Positions 37,184 to 46,222 of a DNA stretch of 64,000 bases are shown here, one piece after another (positions within the stretch are counted from its first letter, which is position 1; every line of letters begins with the position of its first letter). This DNA comes from Spirochaetales bacterium (GTDB taxonomy: Bacteria; Spirochaetota; Spirochaetia; SZUA-6; JAFGRV01). The notes beneath the pieces are model-generated. The model was not told the origin of the DNA, did no database searches, and worked only from the letters and a program-made list of their open reading frames with translations. Location: the NCBI GenBank assembly GCA_016935735.1, contig JAFGQK010000174.1, forward strand, positions 10,386-74,385, in the 5' to 3' direction. Made by a program: the position numbers and the translations under genes.

Positions 37184-38851
37184 ATGCCTAAGAAATTTAT
37201 AAACCTTATAACCGATCAGAAATTCATTCTTGGTATAGTACTCGCCACCCTGGTTATACTATCGGGGATGATTTTCTTAAATGATATCGTGGTCTCCATA
37301 CGCCTTCTGGAGCTCAAGGCTTATTTAAGGGATATTGACAAAAAGGCCTCGGATATGAGTACTGTAGGGATGGTAAGCAAGTTCAAACTTCACAAGAAAC
37401 TCTATGAAAATAAATTAAATGAAGATGACCTGAATAAAGAGGAGTTTAATGTAACATCCAGGCTTTTGAGTTCCGATGATCATGATGATATCCCCTTTAC
37501 AAAGTACAGAGAGCTTGCACCGCCGGTTCTTGCAGTAATGAATCTGATAAGGCTTGTGTTAAGGAAACCGCCTGTTGAATATATTCTTTCAAACAGGGAA
37601 AACTACAAACTCACCCTTGCCTACTACACTGAACGGCAAAAGAAATATAACAGGGCACTGGAGATTTACGATGACCTGTTATCGGAAGACGGGGTAAAAG
37701 CAGATCAGATTCACATTATCCTGCTCCACCAGGGATATTGCTTATCCATTATCGGTGATTATGACAGGGCAAAAGAAAAATATCTTGAAATCATAAAAAA
37801 CTTTGAAAATGAGGATGTGGCCATTACCGCAGCAAGACTTCTCCGTTTTATAGAAGAACTGGAAGCAGAGGTACGAAAGGTAAAGGAATCGGACGACAGC
37901 CCCCTTATAAAATCGGAGAAACTCTATAAACTTATTGCATTCAAGGAAGCCCTCGAAATACTGGATAAGGTGGTGGAGGAAGATGAGAAAGCATCAGACA
38001 AAGTACAGTATTTACGGGCCCGGTGCTATGAAGAAACCGGGAAAAAGGAAACATCCGTAACGATTTATCAAGACATTGTGGATAATTCCATCGAGGAAAA
38101 GCATTACGAATCGGAAACTGCAAAGCAGGCAAACCGGCGAATTTTATTAATCTCTGCAACAGAGGAAGAAGGAGAAAAAATCAAGGAATTATCCATTAAA
38201 AATCATGAACTTATCGCGGATCCTGATTTTCAGGGTCTTCTCGATACAGCGGAAAAACTGGAGACCGCTTTTACAGAAGAAGAAGAAAAATTAAAGGAAA
38301 TGGGAAAAAAAGAGTTTCCTGAAACCGGACCTACTCCCGGGAATAAGGAAGAATCCGGGGAAACCCCTTCTTCGGATGCACAGGATGAGGAACCGGGGAA
38401 AGAAATAACCGGTAAGGAACAGGAATTTAATGAATTCCTGGAAGATTCATTAAAAAATGTTGAAGAAAGAATAGACCAGTTAATAGAAGAAAAGGAAATA
38501 ACCCCTGCGCCTACACCTTTTCCAACCCCGGTTCCAGCACAGACGAAAGCAAAAGAAAGAAGAACTCCTGTCCCGACCAATGTACCGGAACCAACAGAAA
38601 AGAAAGGACCCTATAGTTTACCTTATCTGGATGATAAAGGAAATGTTGAAAAAGTGGAAGATTATAATGAAACCGGTGTCCTTACAAGGGTGAAAGAATT
38701 TAATGACAGCGGGAAGATCTTCAAACTCACCGAGTTTAATGAAACAACCGGTGAAATGAAAGGGTACTTTGTCTATGAATTCGATGAAAATGGGAATCCT
38801 GTTAAAGTGTATGCATATGATGCAGACGGGAATTTAATAAGAGATGATTAA
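37184..38851 (+). CDS. TM-anchored TPR-repeat protein with an acidic/Pro-rich linker and C-terminal YD-like repeats.
   Basis: An N-terminal TM segment is followed by TPR-like helical repeats, a 'PAPTPFPTPVPAQ' linker, and C-terminal 'YAYDADGNL'-type repeats. Confidence 0.45.
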   Translation: MPKKFINLITDQKFILGIVLATLVILSGMIFLNDIVVSIRLLELKAYLRDIDKKASDMSTVGMVSKFKLHKKLYENKLNEDDLNKEEFNVTSRLLSSDDHDDIPFTKYRELAPPVLAVMNLIRLVLRKPPVEYILSNRENYKLTLAYYTERQKKYNRALEIYDDLLSEDGVKADQIHIILLHQGYCLSIIGDYDRAKEKYLEIIKNFENEDVAITAARLLRFIEELEAEVRKVKESDDSPLIKSEKLYKLIAFKEALEILDKVVEEDEKASDKVQYLRARCYEETGKKETSVTIYQDIVDNSIEEKHYESETAKQANRRILLISATEEEGEKIKELSIKNHELIADPDFQGLLDTAEKLETAFTEEEEKLKEMGKKEFPETGPTPGNKEESGETPSSDAQDEEPGKEITGKEQEFNEFLEDSLKNVEERIDQLIEEKEITPAPTPFPTPVPAQTKAKERRTPVPTNVPEPTEKKGPYSLPYLDDKGNVEKVEDYNETGVLTRVKEFNDSGKIFKLTEFNETTGEMKGYFVYEFDENGNPVKVYAYDADGNLIRDD

Positions 38852-39252
38852 TCAATGACTTTAAAGAGTTTCTCGAAAAGGGTATCCTGAAATATTTTTC
38901 CTATTGTATCCCTTATTGATTTAAGTGCGAAATTTCTACCGCTTTTTTTTAACTGATTCTTTAAAATAATAAGCATGCAAATACCTGAAGAATCAATTGT
39001 TTTTGCTTCGGACATATCCAGAACCACGGATTTCACATTATCCGTAAGTGAATCAAGAATTTTTGTTTTTATTTTTTTTTCATTGTAAATATCAATAGCT
39101 CCCCCGATTATGAAAGTGATTTCATTTTCCTTTGTTACCAGTTTAATATGTACATCATCCGGCATTCTGTATTCTATGATATGACAATTTTGTTTTCTCT
39201 TCAAGTACCTGTAATGGATTTTTTTTTGAAAAAAAGATTTTTTTCCATGCAC
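38848..39252 (-). CDS. STAS-domain anti-sigma-factor antagonist (SpoIIAA/RsbV-like).
   Basis: The 'DMSEAKTIDSSGICMLI' motif carries a phosphorylatable Ser in the DSSG context. The probable start is the M of MPDDVHIK at about 39165. Confidence 0.6.
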   Translation of the reverse strand: MHGKKSFFQKKIHYRYLKRKQNCHIIEYRMPDDVHIKLVTKENEITFIIGGAIDIYNEKKIKTKILDSLTDNVKSVVLDMSEAKTIDSSGICMLIILKNQLKKSGRNFALKSIRDTIGKIFQDTLFEKLFKVID

Positions 39253-39393
39253 TACTTATAAAAAAAGAATATGGAATGCAGACCCATGAAATAAGTAATT
39301 TTATAAAAAGTATGGAAAAAGTGCGGAAAAGTGATATATTAAAAAAGAAATATTAACATTATTGCCGGAATTTGATATATTAACCAATGAATA

Positions 39394-39990
39394 ATGAAAC
39401 CGAAAATGTTTTATTTTTATAACCTTCATTTCCCCTCAGAAGTAAGGGTTTCCGAGTTCTCAGAAGACTGTATCAGGCTTCATGATGATTCAACACTCAT
39501 TTATGATATAAATATCCATGATCTTATACTAAGGCACTTTGTTTTTTATAATAGATGGTTTGACGTACACTCCTTTCTGGCAAAAAACGGGGATTTTGAA
39601 ATACTCCCCGGGCCTATTGATTGTTGTTTTGACTGTGACATCAGCACCCCACTCTTTAACCTGGATAATAAATTTTATAATATAGACCTGGAATATGATA
39701 TCCTTGTGGGCAAGGACGGGAAGATGCACCAGATTAAAGATGAAGAAGAGCATTTTGTTGCGATAACAAACAAGTGGATGTCCGATTTCGAGGAAAAAGG
39801 GGCCCAGAAAGGGCTTAATGATCTGAAAGAAATTCTCAATGGCCATGGGCTTATTGATTTCCTTAATACTATATACCCATTCCAGGGAATAACCTGTCCG
39901 GGGGAATCCCAGCGTTATTACAAAAAAAACATTGATGATGTGAGTATATTGAAAAAAAATGAGCGCCAGAAGTATATTGTAAAAGTATAA
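39394..39990 (+). CDS. Hypothetical protein, possibly a DUF402-like nucleoside-phosphatase family member.
   Basis: The protein is 198 aa with a 'YNIDLEYDILVGKDGKMHQIKDEEE' region. Similarity is weak. The gene abuts the HAD gene downstream. Confidence 0.3.
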   Translation: MKPKMFYFYNLHFPSEVRVSEFSEDCIRLHDDSTLIYDINIHDLILRHFVFYNRWFDVHSFLAKNGDFEILPGPIDCCFDCDISTPLFNLDNKFYNIDLEYDILVGKDGKMHQIKDEEEHFVAITNKWMSDFEEKGAQKGLNDLKEILNGHGLIDFLNTIYPFQGITCPGESQRYYKKNIDDVSILKKNERQKYIVKV

Positions 39991-40869
39991 ATGGAAGAAA
40001 TAATCAGCACCGATGTTATCAATAACCATACAGATTACAGAGGCCTGGTCATTACCGATCTTGATGGAACCCTGCTTGATTCAAATTCAAACATAAAAAC
40101 AGAAGATTACAATACCTTACTACATCTGGAACAGAACGGATTTTTAAGAGTAATCGCTACAGGCAGGAATCTCTACTCTCTTTTTAACCGGATCGATCCC
40201 GGTTTTCCTGTCGATTATATCATCTTTTCATCCGGTGCGGGGATCTGGGATCAAAAAAACAAGCGCTATATAAGAATGATTACAATGGAATCGGATGAAG
40301 TACAAAAAGCAGCTTCTTTGTTTTGTGAATTTTCTCTTGATTTCGCGGTTCATCATCCTATACCGGACAATCATCATTTCTCTTACTACCTGCAAAAAGA
40401 TAAAAACGAGGATTTTATACGCAGAGTGCAACATTACAGGGATTTTGCTTCCAGATGGGAAAACCTCCCTTCCATATACCCAAGGGCAAGCCAGGTTCTT
40501 ACTATTATTACCGGTAACAGGGATAACTCTATTTATTACGATATTCGCATGAAACTTCCCGGTTTTACTGTTATAAGAACAACATCTCCCATGGATCATA
40601 CCTCCCTCTGGATTGAAACATTCCCCCAAAACGTATCAAAAGGCCAGGCATCCGCATGGCTTGCCTCCAGGTTCGGTGTAAACAGGGAAAATACCCTGGC
40701 AATCGGGAATGACTACAATGATACCGATCTTCTTTCCTGGGCAAAAACAGCATACGTTGTTTCAAATGCCCCGGATGAATTAAAAAAAATGTTTCCTTCT
40801 GTTGTATCACACAATGAATGCGGCTTTTCGGCAGCAGTAAACAAATGGTTTCCGGCATTTACAAAGTAA
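39991..40869 (+). CDS. HAD-IIB (Cof-type) phosphatase.
   Basis: Motif I 'ITDLDGTLLD' and motif IV 'GNDYNDTDLL' are present. Confidence 0.75.
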   Translation: MEEIISTDVINNHTDYRGLVITDLDGTLLDSNSNIKTEDYNTLLHLEQNGFLRVIATGRNLYSLFNRIDPGFPVDYIIFSSGAGIWDQKNKRYIRMITMESDEVQKAASLFCEFSLDFAVHHPIPDNHHFSYYLQKDKNEDFIRRVQHYRDFASRWENLPSIYPRASQVLTIITGNRDNSIYYDIRMKLPGFTVIRTTSPMDHTSLWIETFPQNVSKGQASAWLASRFGVNRENTLAIGNDYNDTDLLSWAKTAYVVSNAPDELKKMFPSVVSHNECGFSAAVNKWFPAFTK

Positions 40870-40974
40870 AAAAATCAGGATATACGGGTTTTTTAAAAAA
40901 GGGGTGTTGAACTTTTTATAAAATGTTCTATATTATTATATAATACCGGAAAAACCGGCAATAAGGATACTGAT

Positions 40975-41316
40975 ATGAATGAAATAACGCTTGATATTAA
41001 AAGTAACCTTGGACAACGTTTAAAGAGAATCAGGAAACCGGAAAAACGGTGTCTTCTTTTTAAAAATAATATAATCCCTGCAGCAACGAAAATCACGATC
41101 GGCAGGGATAAAATGAATAATATTGTTATTTATGACAATATGATTTCACGTTTTCATGCAGTAATTCAAAAGATCAACCAGGCCTATTTTATTAAAGACC
41201 TTAACAGTACAAACGGGACATCGGTAAATGGGAAAATGGTGCCGGGGGGAAAGTACATACGCTTATATCCGAATGATATCATTCAATTAGGAAGAACCGA
41301 TTTATCGTTTATTTAA
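40975..41316 (+). CDS. Small FHA-domain protein.
   Basis: 'ITIGRDKMNNIVIYDNMISRFHAVIQ...LNSTNGTSVNGKMV...IIQLG' is an FHA signature. Confidence 0.7.
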   Translation: MNEITLDIKSNLGQRLKRIRKPEKRCLLFKNNIIPAATKITIGRDKMNNIVIYDNMISRFHAVIQKINQAYFIKDLNSTNGTSVNGKMVPGGKYIRLYPNDIIQLGRTDLSFI

Positions 41317-41535
41317 CGGGGTTCTTGCAAAAATACCATATTTACTGCAAGAACCAATATATACAAAAGTGGAGTATTTTTAATTCCTTTTAATATAATA
41401 AAAATACTCCAAAGCCAATTGTAAAAATCACCTTGTTGAAAACGACAATTGGAGTTCAACGAATGTTGAGCACTCTACAACTATTATTGGATTTTTGCAA
41501 GTGGCTATAACATAATTCAGGAAAGGATTACATTT

Positions 41536-42432
41536 ATGGGGGAAACATTTAACCAGCTTCCGGAAAATATACAGGTTCATTTAAGGAAAATAACGGAAAG
41601 CTCCGGTTTACCGAATACAGAAGAATCTGCTGAATTAATTGCTGTAAACTGGGTAGAAAAAAAGGACTTATTTAAGGAACAGATCAAATTACTTGGGATG
41701 AATGAAGTTGATATCTTTAAGAAGGACGATGAACGGCCAGTTCTTCTTCTTACCTATTCAGGAAGCCTTATATCCCTTGGTGCCCTTGCCGGAGGAAAGC
41801 GATGGATTGAATATGCCAGTATAAAACTAAGAAGTGATGTACCGAACGTGGTAAATGTGCCTGAATCTGCCCTGGAAGATGATATACAGACAGATGCTGA
41901 AGCGGTTTTTACACAGGGAAAGATAAAGCAGACTTCTTCTCTCTTGAAAATAGCAGTATGCAGCGAAGAAATTCCTGTAGAAGAACAGGAGAAACGGATA
42001 AGAGAGGCAATGATATTCCTTACAAACAGCTTTACAAAAGCAAACAGGAAAATAACCGCTTCCAGGGGTGAAACCCCGGATAACTTTACCATGAAATCGA
42101 TTATCCGGTATATTGCAAGCAAAAACAATATAACCCAGAAACTTACCGGTCAGATACTTGATGATTTCCTTTTTATCCTCGAATCCGGGATGCTCCTTGG
42201 AGAAAGGATTCCCCTTGGCCGTATGGGCAAGCTTTTTATAAAAAAACGCGCTGCACAAAAAGCACGGGTAAGTATCAATCCCCACACCCAGGAAGAGATG
42301 CTTATCCCTGCAAAACCGGAAATGTTCGTGCCAAAGATATCTTTCAGTAAAATGATAAAGGAAAAAGTAAAGACAGTAGATATCGATGATATTGAAGATG
42401 CCGGAGATGAAAAAGAATCGGAAGAAGAATAA
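41536..42432 (+). CDS. Hypothetical protein with a C-terminal HU/IHF-fold DNA-binding domain and an acidic tail.
   Basis: The C-terminal ~90 aa, 'LTGQILDDFLFILESGMLLGERIPLGRMGKLFIKKRAAQKARVSINPHTQEEMLIPAKPEMFVPKISFSKMIKEKV', match the HU/IHF pattern (G-x-F, R-x-x-R-x-G-R-N-P-x-T-x-E-x-I-x-I-P-A). The N-terminal ~190 aa are unrecognised. Confidence 0.45.
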   Translation: MGETFNQLPENIQVHLRKITESSGLPNTEESAELIAVNWVEKKDLFKEQIKLLGMNEVDIFKKDDERPVLLLTYSGSLISLGALAGGKRWIEYASIKLRSDVPNVVNVPESALEDDIQTDAEAVFTQGKIKQTSSLLKIAVCSEEIPVEEQEKRIREAMIFLTNSFTKANRKITASRGETPDNFTMKSIIRYIASKNNITQKLTGQILDDFLFILESGMLLGERIPLGRMGKLFIKKRAAQKARVSINPHTQEEMLIPAKPEMFVPKISFSKMIKEKVKTVDIDDIEDAGDEKESEEE

Positions 42433-42462
42433 AAAATCGTGTGATTCTTTTTTCCCTGTTTT

Positions 42463-42957
42463 TCAAATAAACCGGAATGATTCGAAAAAATGGAGTGCAT
42501 CCGGTTCACTTAATCCGGATTCGGAAATTGTTACCACCTCCAGTTGATACTGCTTATCCTTGTTAATACAGAACAGAATATCCATATATGTCTTCACTTT
42601 ATTTTCTACCCGTGAAACACGAAGGGTTAAAGCCGGGAGGTCCAGGAATTCGATATTTCCAGAAGCAATAACGGTAGAAACCTTGACGACATTTGAACGG
42701 GCATAATCCATTACCTGGAGAGATGATTCCCTGTCAAGGATAACACCCAGATCGGTGATTCCCAGCATAAATGCCTTCTCACTATTTTCCGTGATGTAAC
42801 TTTTTAATAGTCCTGAACCAGATGCTGTAGGTATTTTCTGCTCGGAAAACATAACTTCCCTGCAATTAAAAGGCACTTCAAAACTAAAACCGGCTTCCTC
42901 ATTTTTGTAAATCCTGTATCCGGAATCCCGGATACCTTCCTGAGTTTCCATAGGCAT
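42463..42957 (-). CDS. Hypothetical protein.
   Basis: A 164-aa ORF. I recognise no motif. Confidence 0.3.
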   Translation of the reverse strand: MPMETQEGIRDSGYRIYKNEEAGFSFEVPFNCREVMFSEQKIPTASGSGLLKSYITENSEKAFMLGITDLGVILDRESSLQVMDYARSNVVKVSTVIASGNIEFLDLPALTLRVSRVENKVKTYMDILFCINKDKQYQLEVVTISESGLSEPDALHFFESFRFI

Positions 42958-43082
42958 AAGAATGATAGGAATATCCTGTTAAGTCAAGGGGAGATACATG
43001 AAATATCGCAGATTCTTTTCGTGGATTTTTTTCATTTGACATTACGCATGGGAGGTAATATGATGTAAGAAATATAAAAAAA

Positions 43083-44999
43083 GTGAGGACAAATAATATG
43101 GAAATGACGGTACTTTCTTTATTCAGGGAAAAGGTAAAACAATTCCGTGATATCGCAGCTCTTTACTACAAGGATAAAGATAACCAGTTTCAGCCCGTTT
43201 CTTTTACAGAGCTTTTCAATCTTGCAGGTCAATTCGGGACAGGACTTACGGCAATTGGTATTAAGCGGGGGGATCACATTGGCATTATATCCAATAACAG
43301 AAAGGAATGGATGATATCCAGTTTCGGCATTATGGGTATAGGCGCTCTTGATGTTCCAAGGGGATCTGACTCAACGGCAGCCGAAATAAAATATATTCTT
43401 GGTCATGCAGAATGCCCGGTCTGTATTGTCGAAGACAAAGATCAACTGGAAAAGGTATTATCCGTAAAAAAGGGGCTTTTGAAACTTGCTTCTTTTATTG
43501 TCCTGGACGAAGACTATAAAAAGGCATCGAAGAAAGAAGGTGGTGTGGAAGTTTTTACTTTTTTGGAAATACTGGAAAAGGGGAAAACCATACTGGAAAA
43601 GGATCCGGATTTTTTCAATAAAGAAATAGACATGGGAAAAGCAGACGATCTTGCCACCATTATTTATACCTCCGGTACAACCGGTGAACCCAAGGGAGTG
43701 ATGCTTACCCATGATAATTTCCTTCATCAAATACGGGCACCACTGGCTCATCTGGATGTGAGAGTAAATGATTTTTTTCTTTCTGTTCTTCCCATATGGC
43801 ATGTTTTTGAGCGTTCGGCAGAATATGTCGGTCTTTTTGCCGGTTGTTCCATTATTTATTCAAAACTTATAGGAAAAGTAATTCTTGCAGATATGGAAAC
43901 CATGAAACCGACCATCTTTCCCTCCGTACCCAGGATCTGGGAATCGGTCAGGGCGGGAATATATAAAAAAGTGAATTCCGAAGGCGGGATAAAAAAAACC
44001 CTTTTTCACTTTTTTGTATCGGTTGGCACCATTCATGTTTATTTCCTTAATATGATGAGGGGATTACTCCCGGAATTCAAAAAACGCATCCGTTTATTTG
44101 ATATCGTTATAAGCCTTTTTCCCCTTCTTGTCTTTACCCCCTTAAAACTTCTCGGCGATCTCCTGGTCTTCGGACAAATAAAGAAAAAACTTGGGGGCAG
44201 ATTCAAATTCGGTATATCCGGTGCCGGGGCCCTTCCCCCGCACATTGACAAATTCTTTGCTGCTGCGGGTATCCATCTTTTTGAAGGATATGGGCTTACC
44301 GAAGCTGCACCAATTGTTTCGGTAAGAAAACAAAAAACTCCTGTAACAGGTACGATCGGGCCGCCCCTCCCGGAAATTTCAGTAAAGATATGCGATCCGG
44401 AAGGAAATGAATTACCTCCCGGGAAAAAGGGAATACTTTTTATTAAAGGACCGAATGTAATGCAAGGGTATTATAAAAAACCCGAGGAAACAAAGAAAGT
44501 CCTTTCAGACGATGGATGGCTTAATACCGGGGACCTCGCTATGGCCACCTATAATGGAGAGCTTAGAATAATGGGACGGGTAAAAGAGACGATTGTACTT
44601 CTGGGTGGCGAAAATGTTGAACCCGGTCCCATTGAGGATACCATACTGCAATCCCCATATATAGACCAGGTGATGGTCGTTGGCCAGGATCAGAAATATC
44701 TTGGAGTGCTGGTAATACCGAATTTCGAGAACCTTGAAATTTATGCGAGAAAGAACGGCTTGTACTACCCCAAATCCGAAGATCTTACTGATCTGCCGGA
44801 AATTGAAGCCTTAATTAAAGACGAAATCAACTCAAAAGTAAATATAAAAAAGGGGTTCAAAGCATTTGAAAGAATCTTTAAATTGACCCTATTAAAGGTC
44901 CCTTTTGAAGCAGGTAGAGAACTTACCAATACACTTAAACTTAAAAGAGATGTTATAAATAATATGTATAAGAAAGAGATTGAAGAGCTTTTTTCATAA
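43083..44999 (+). CDS. Long-chain fatty-acid--CoA ligase (AMP-dependent synthetase/ligase).
   Basis: The AMP-binding motif 'IYTSGTTGEPKGVMLTH' and the later 'GYGLTE' and 'TGDL' motifs are present. Confidence 0.85.
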   Translation: MRTNNMEMTVLSLFREKVKQFRDIAALYYKDKDNQFQPVSFTELFNLAGQFGTGLTAIGIKRGDHIGIISNNRKEWMISSFGIMGIGALDVPRGSDSTAAEIKYILGHAECPVCIVEDKDQLEKVLSVKKGLLKLASFIVLDEDYKKASKKEGGVEVFTFLEILEKGKTILEKDPDFFNKEIDMGKADDLATIIYTSGTTGEPKGVMLTHDNFLHQIRAPLAHLDVRVNDFFLSVLPIWHVFERSAEYVGLFAGCSIIYSKLIGKVILADMETMKPTIFPSVPRIWESVRAGIYKKVNSEGGIKKTLFHFFVSVGTIHVYFLNMMRGLLPEFKKRIRLFDIVISLFPLLVFTPLKLLGDLLVFGQIKKKLGGRFKFGISGAGALPPHIDKFFAAAGIHLFEGYGLTEAAPIVSVRKQKTPVTGTIGPPLPEISVKICDPEGNELPPGKKGILFIKGPNVMQGYYKKPEETKKVLSDDGWLNTGDLAMATYNGELRIMGRVKETIVLLGGENVEPGPIEDTILQSPYIDQVMVVGQDQKYLGVLVIPNFENLEIYARKNGLYYPKSEDLTDLPEIEALIKDEINSKVNIKKGFKAFERIFKLTLLKVPFEAGRELTNTLKLKRDVINNMYKKEIEELFS

Positions 45000-45000
45000 A

Positions 45001-45030
45001 AAAAAGGGGCAAAAAAGCCCCTACTTATTA
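45001..45030. terminator. Bidirectional Rho-independent terminator between the convergent acyl-CoA ligase and rpsU genes.
   Basis: 'aaaaaaGGGGCaaaaaaGCCCCtactt' is a GC stem flanked by an A-run upstream and T-rich sequence downstream (the reverse holds on the other strand). Confidence 0.55.
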
Positions 45031-45031
45031 T

Positions 45032-45262
45032 CTAAAAACCTTTTGAAATGCCTCCCCTGCGCTGTTTTTTCATTTGTTTCCGTTTAAGCGCCTGCCTTCT
45101 TCTGCTTCTGATCTTGGATGGTTTTTCGTAGTATTCACGCTTTTTCCATTCGCGGATAATACCTTCTTTTTCAACCTGTCTTTTAAAACGTTTAATCGCT
45201 TTTTCCAGTTCCTCTTCCGTATTAACAATAACGTAAGCGATATGAATCACCTCCTTTCGCAC
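45032..45262 (-). CDS. rpsU: 30S ribosomal protein S21.
   Basis: '[46 protein letters not shown]' matches the S21 pattern (RFKR..EK.G...E..RE.YEKP). Confidence 0.7.
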   Translation of the reverse strand: MRKEVIHIAYVIVNTEEELEKAIKRFKRQVEKEGIIREWKKREYYEKPSKIRSRRRQALKRKQMKKQRRGGISKGF

Positions 45263-45424
45263 GATCTTACATGTTTAGACTTTATAATACCAGGAAACAG
45301 GGATGTATGTCAAGATTAAATTTTAACAGGGTATTATTTTATCCCGGTTTTTTTAAAATAACTTTTATAGATACAAATATCCGGGTCTTGCATCATTACT
45401 CTTTATATATTACTCTCACACAAG

Positions 45425-46222
45425 ATGAAAAAGCTTATAATAAATCCGGAATTCGGGATGGCGGGAGACATGCTTTCTGCAGCCCTGATTTCTGCCGGTG
45501 TACCGGAATCACCGCTTATAGAGGTAATGAAAAGCGCTGCCTCTCTTCTCGGTTTTTGTAAAATCAATGTAAAAAGAGAGCAAAGGGGAAAAGCAACAGG
45601 AGTGTCTCTACGTATTTCACTGGATGAACATATTCATGGAATTGAAATTCCTCGGGCACGTGAGTACTTAAAAAAAACATTTCTTGATTACGGCATTAAA
45701 GGAGAATATAAGGATTTTGCTTACCGGGCACTTACTATCCTGGGGCAGGCAGAACAAAAAGTCCATGCAGAAAAAGCCATGGGAGTACATCACCATCATA
45801 CACCCCATCTTCATGAAGCCCAGGATATTATTATTGATCTTGCAGGAGCTGCATTCGGTTTGCAGGAACTGGACATACATGTATCATCAGTTTTATGCCT
45901 TTCACCTGTTTGTGTTGGCGGGGGTAAAATAACCTTTTCTCACGGAACACTGGATATACCTGCACCTGCAACAGCACAGATCATAGAGGACTATGCTATT
46001 CCTTTTAAAAAAGGCCCCGTGGAATATGAGCTTTTTACTCCTACCGGGGCAGCAATTCTCGCTGCCCTGAAACCGGAATATGTAAAGCGGGATACCTATC
46101 GAAATACCCTTTCCGGTCAGGAAATAATAGCCGGGACAGGATTCGGGAGTCTTAATATATCCGGGGAGGAGACGGGGGGACCGAATGCCCTCTACATTTT
46201 TCTTATGGACACCCGGGTATGA
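45425..46222 (+). CDS. LarC N-terminal domain (DUF111, nickel-pincer cofactor nickel-insertion protein family). The LarC C-terminal domain is absent.
   Basis: 'GMAGDMLSAAL', 'ILGQAEQKVH', 'HLHE', 'DIIIDLAG', 'GKITFSHGTLDIPAPATAQI' and 'TPTGAAILAAL' match the LarC1 region. The protein is 265 aa, whereas full LarC is about 400 aa or more. Confidence 0.65.
   Translation: MKKLIINPEFGMAGDMLSAALISAGVPESPLIEVMKSAASLLGFCKINVKREQRGKATGVSLRISLDEHIHGIEIPRAREYLKKTFLDYGIKGEYKDFAYRALTILGQAEQKVHAEKAMGVHHHHTPHLHEAQDIIIDLAGAAFGLQELDIHVSSVLCLSPVCVGGGKITFSHGTLDIPAPATAQIIEDYAIPFKKGPVEYELFTPTGAAILAALKPEYVKRDTYRNTLSGQEIIAGTGFGSLNISGEETGGPNALYIFLMDTRV

Noticed and set aside
41318-41452. A possible CRISPR-like or repeat array, suggested by three evenly spaced hairpins.
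   Set aside because: The three stems have unrelated sequences, there are no direct repeats, and no cas genes are present. This is not a CRISPR array.
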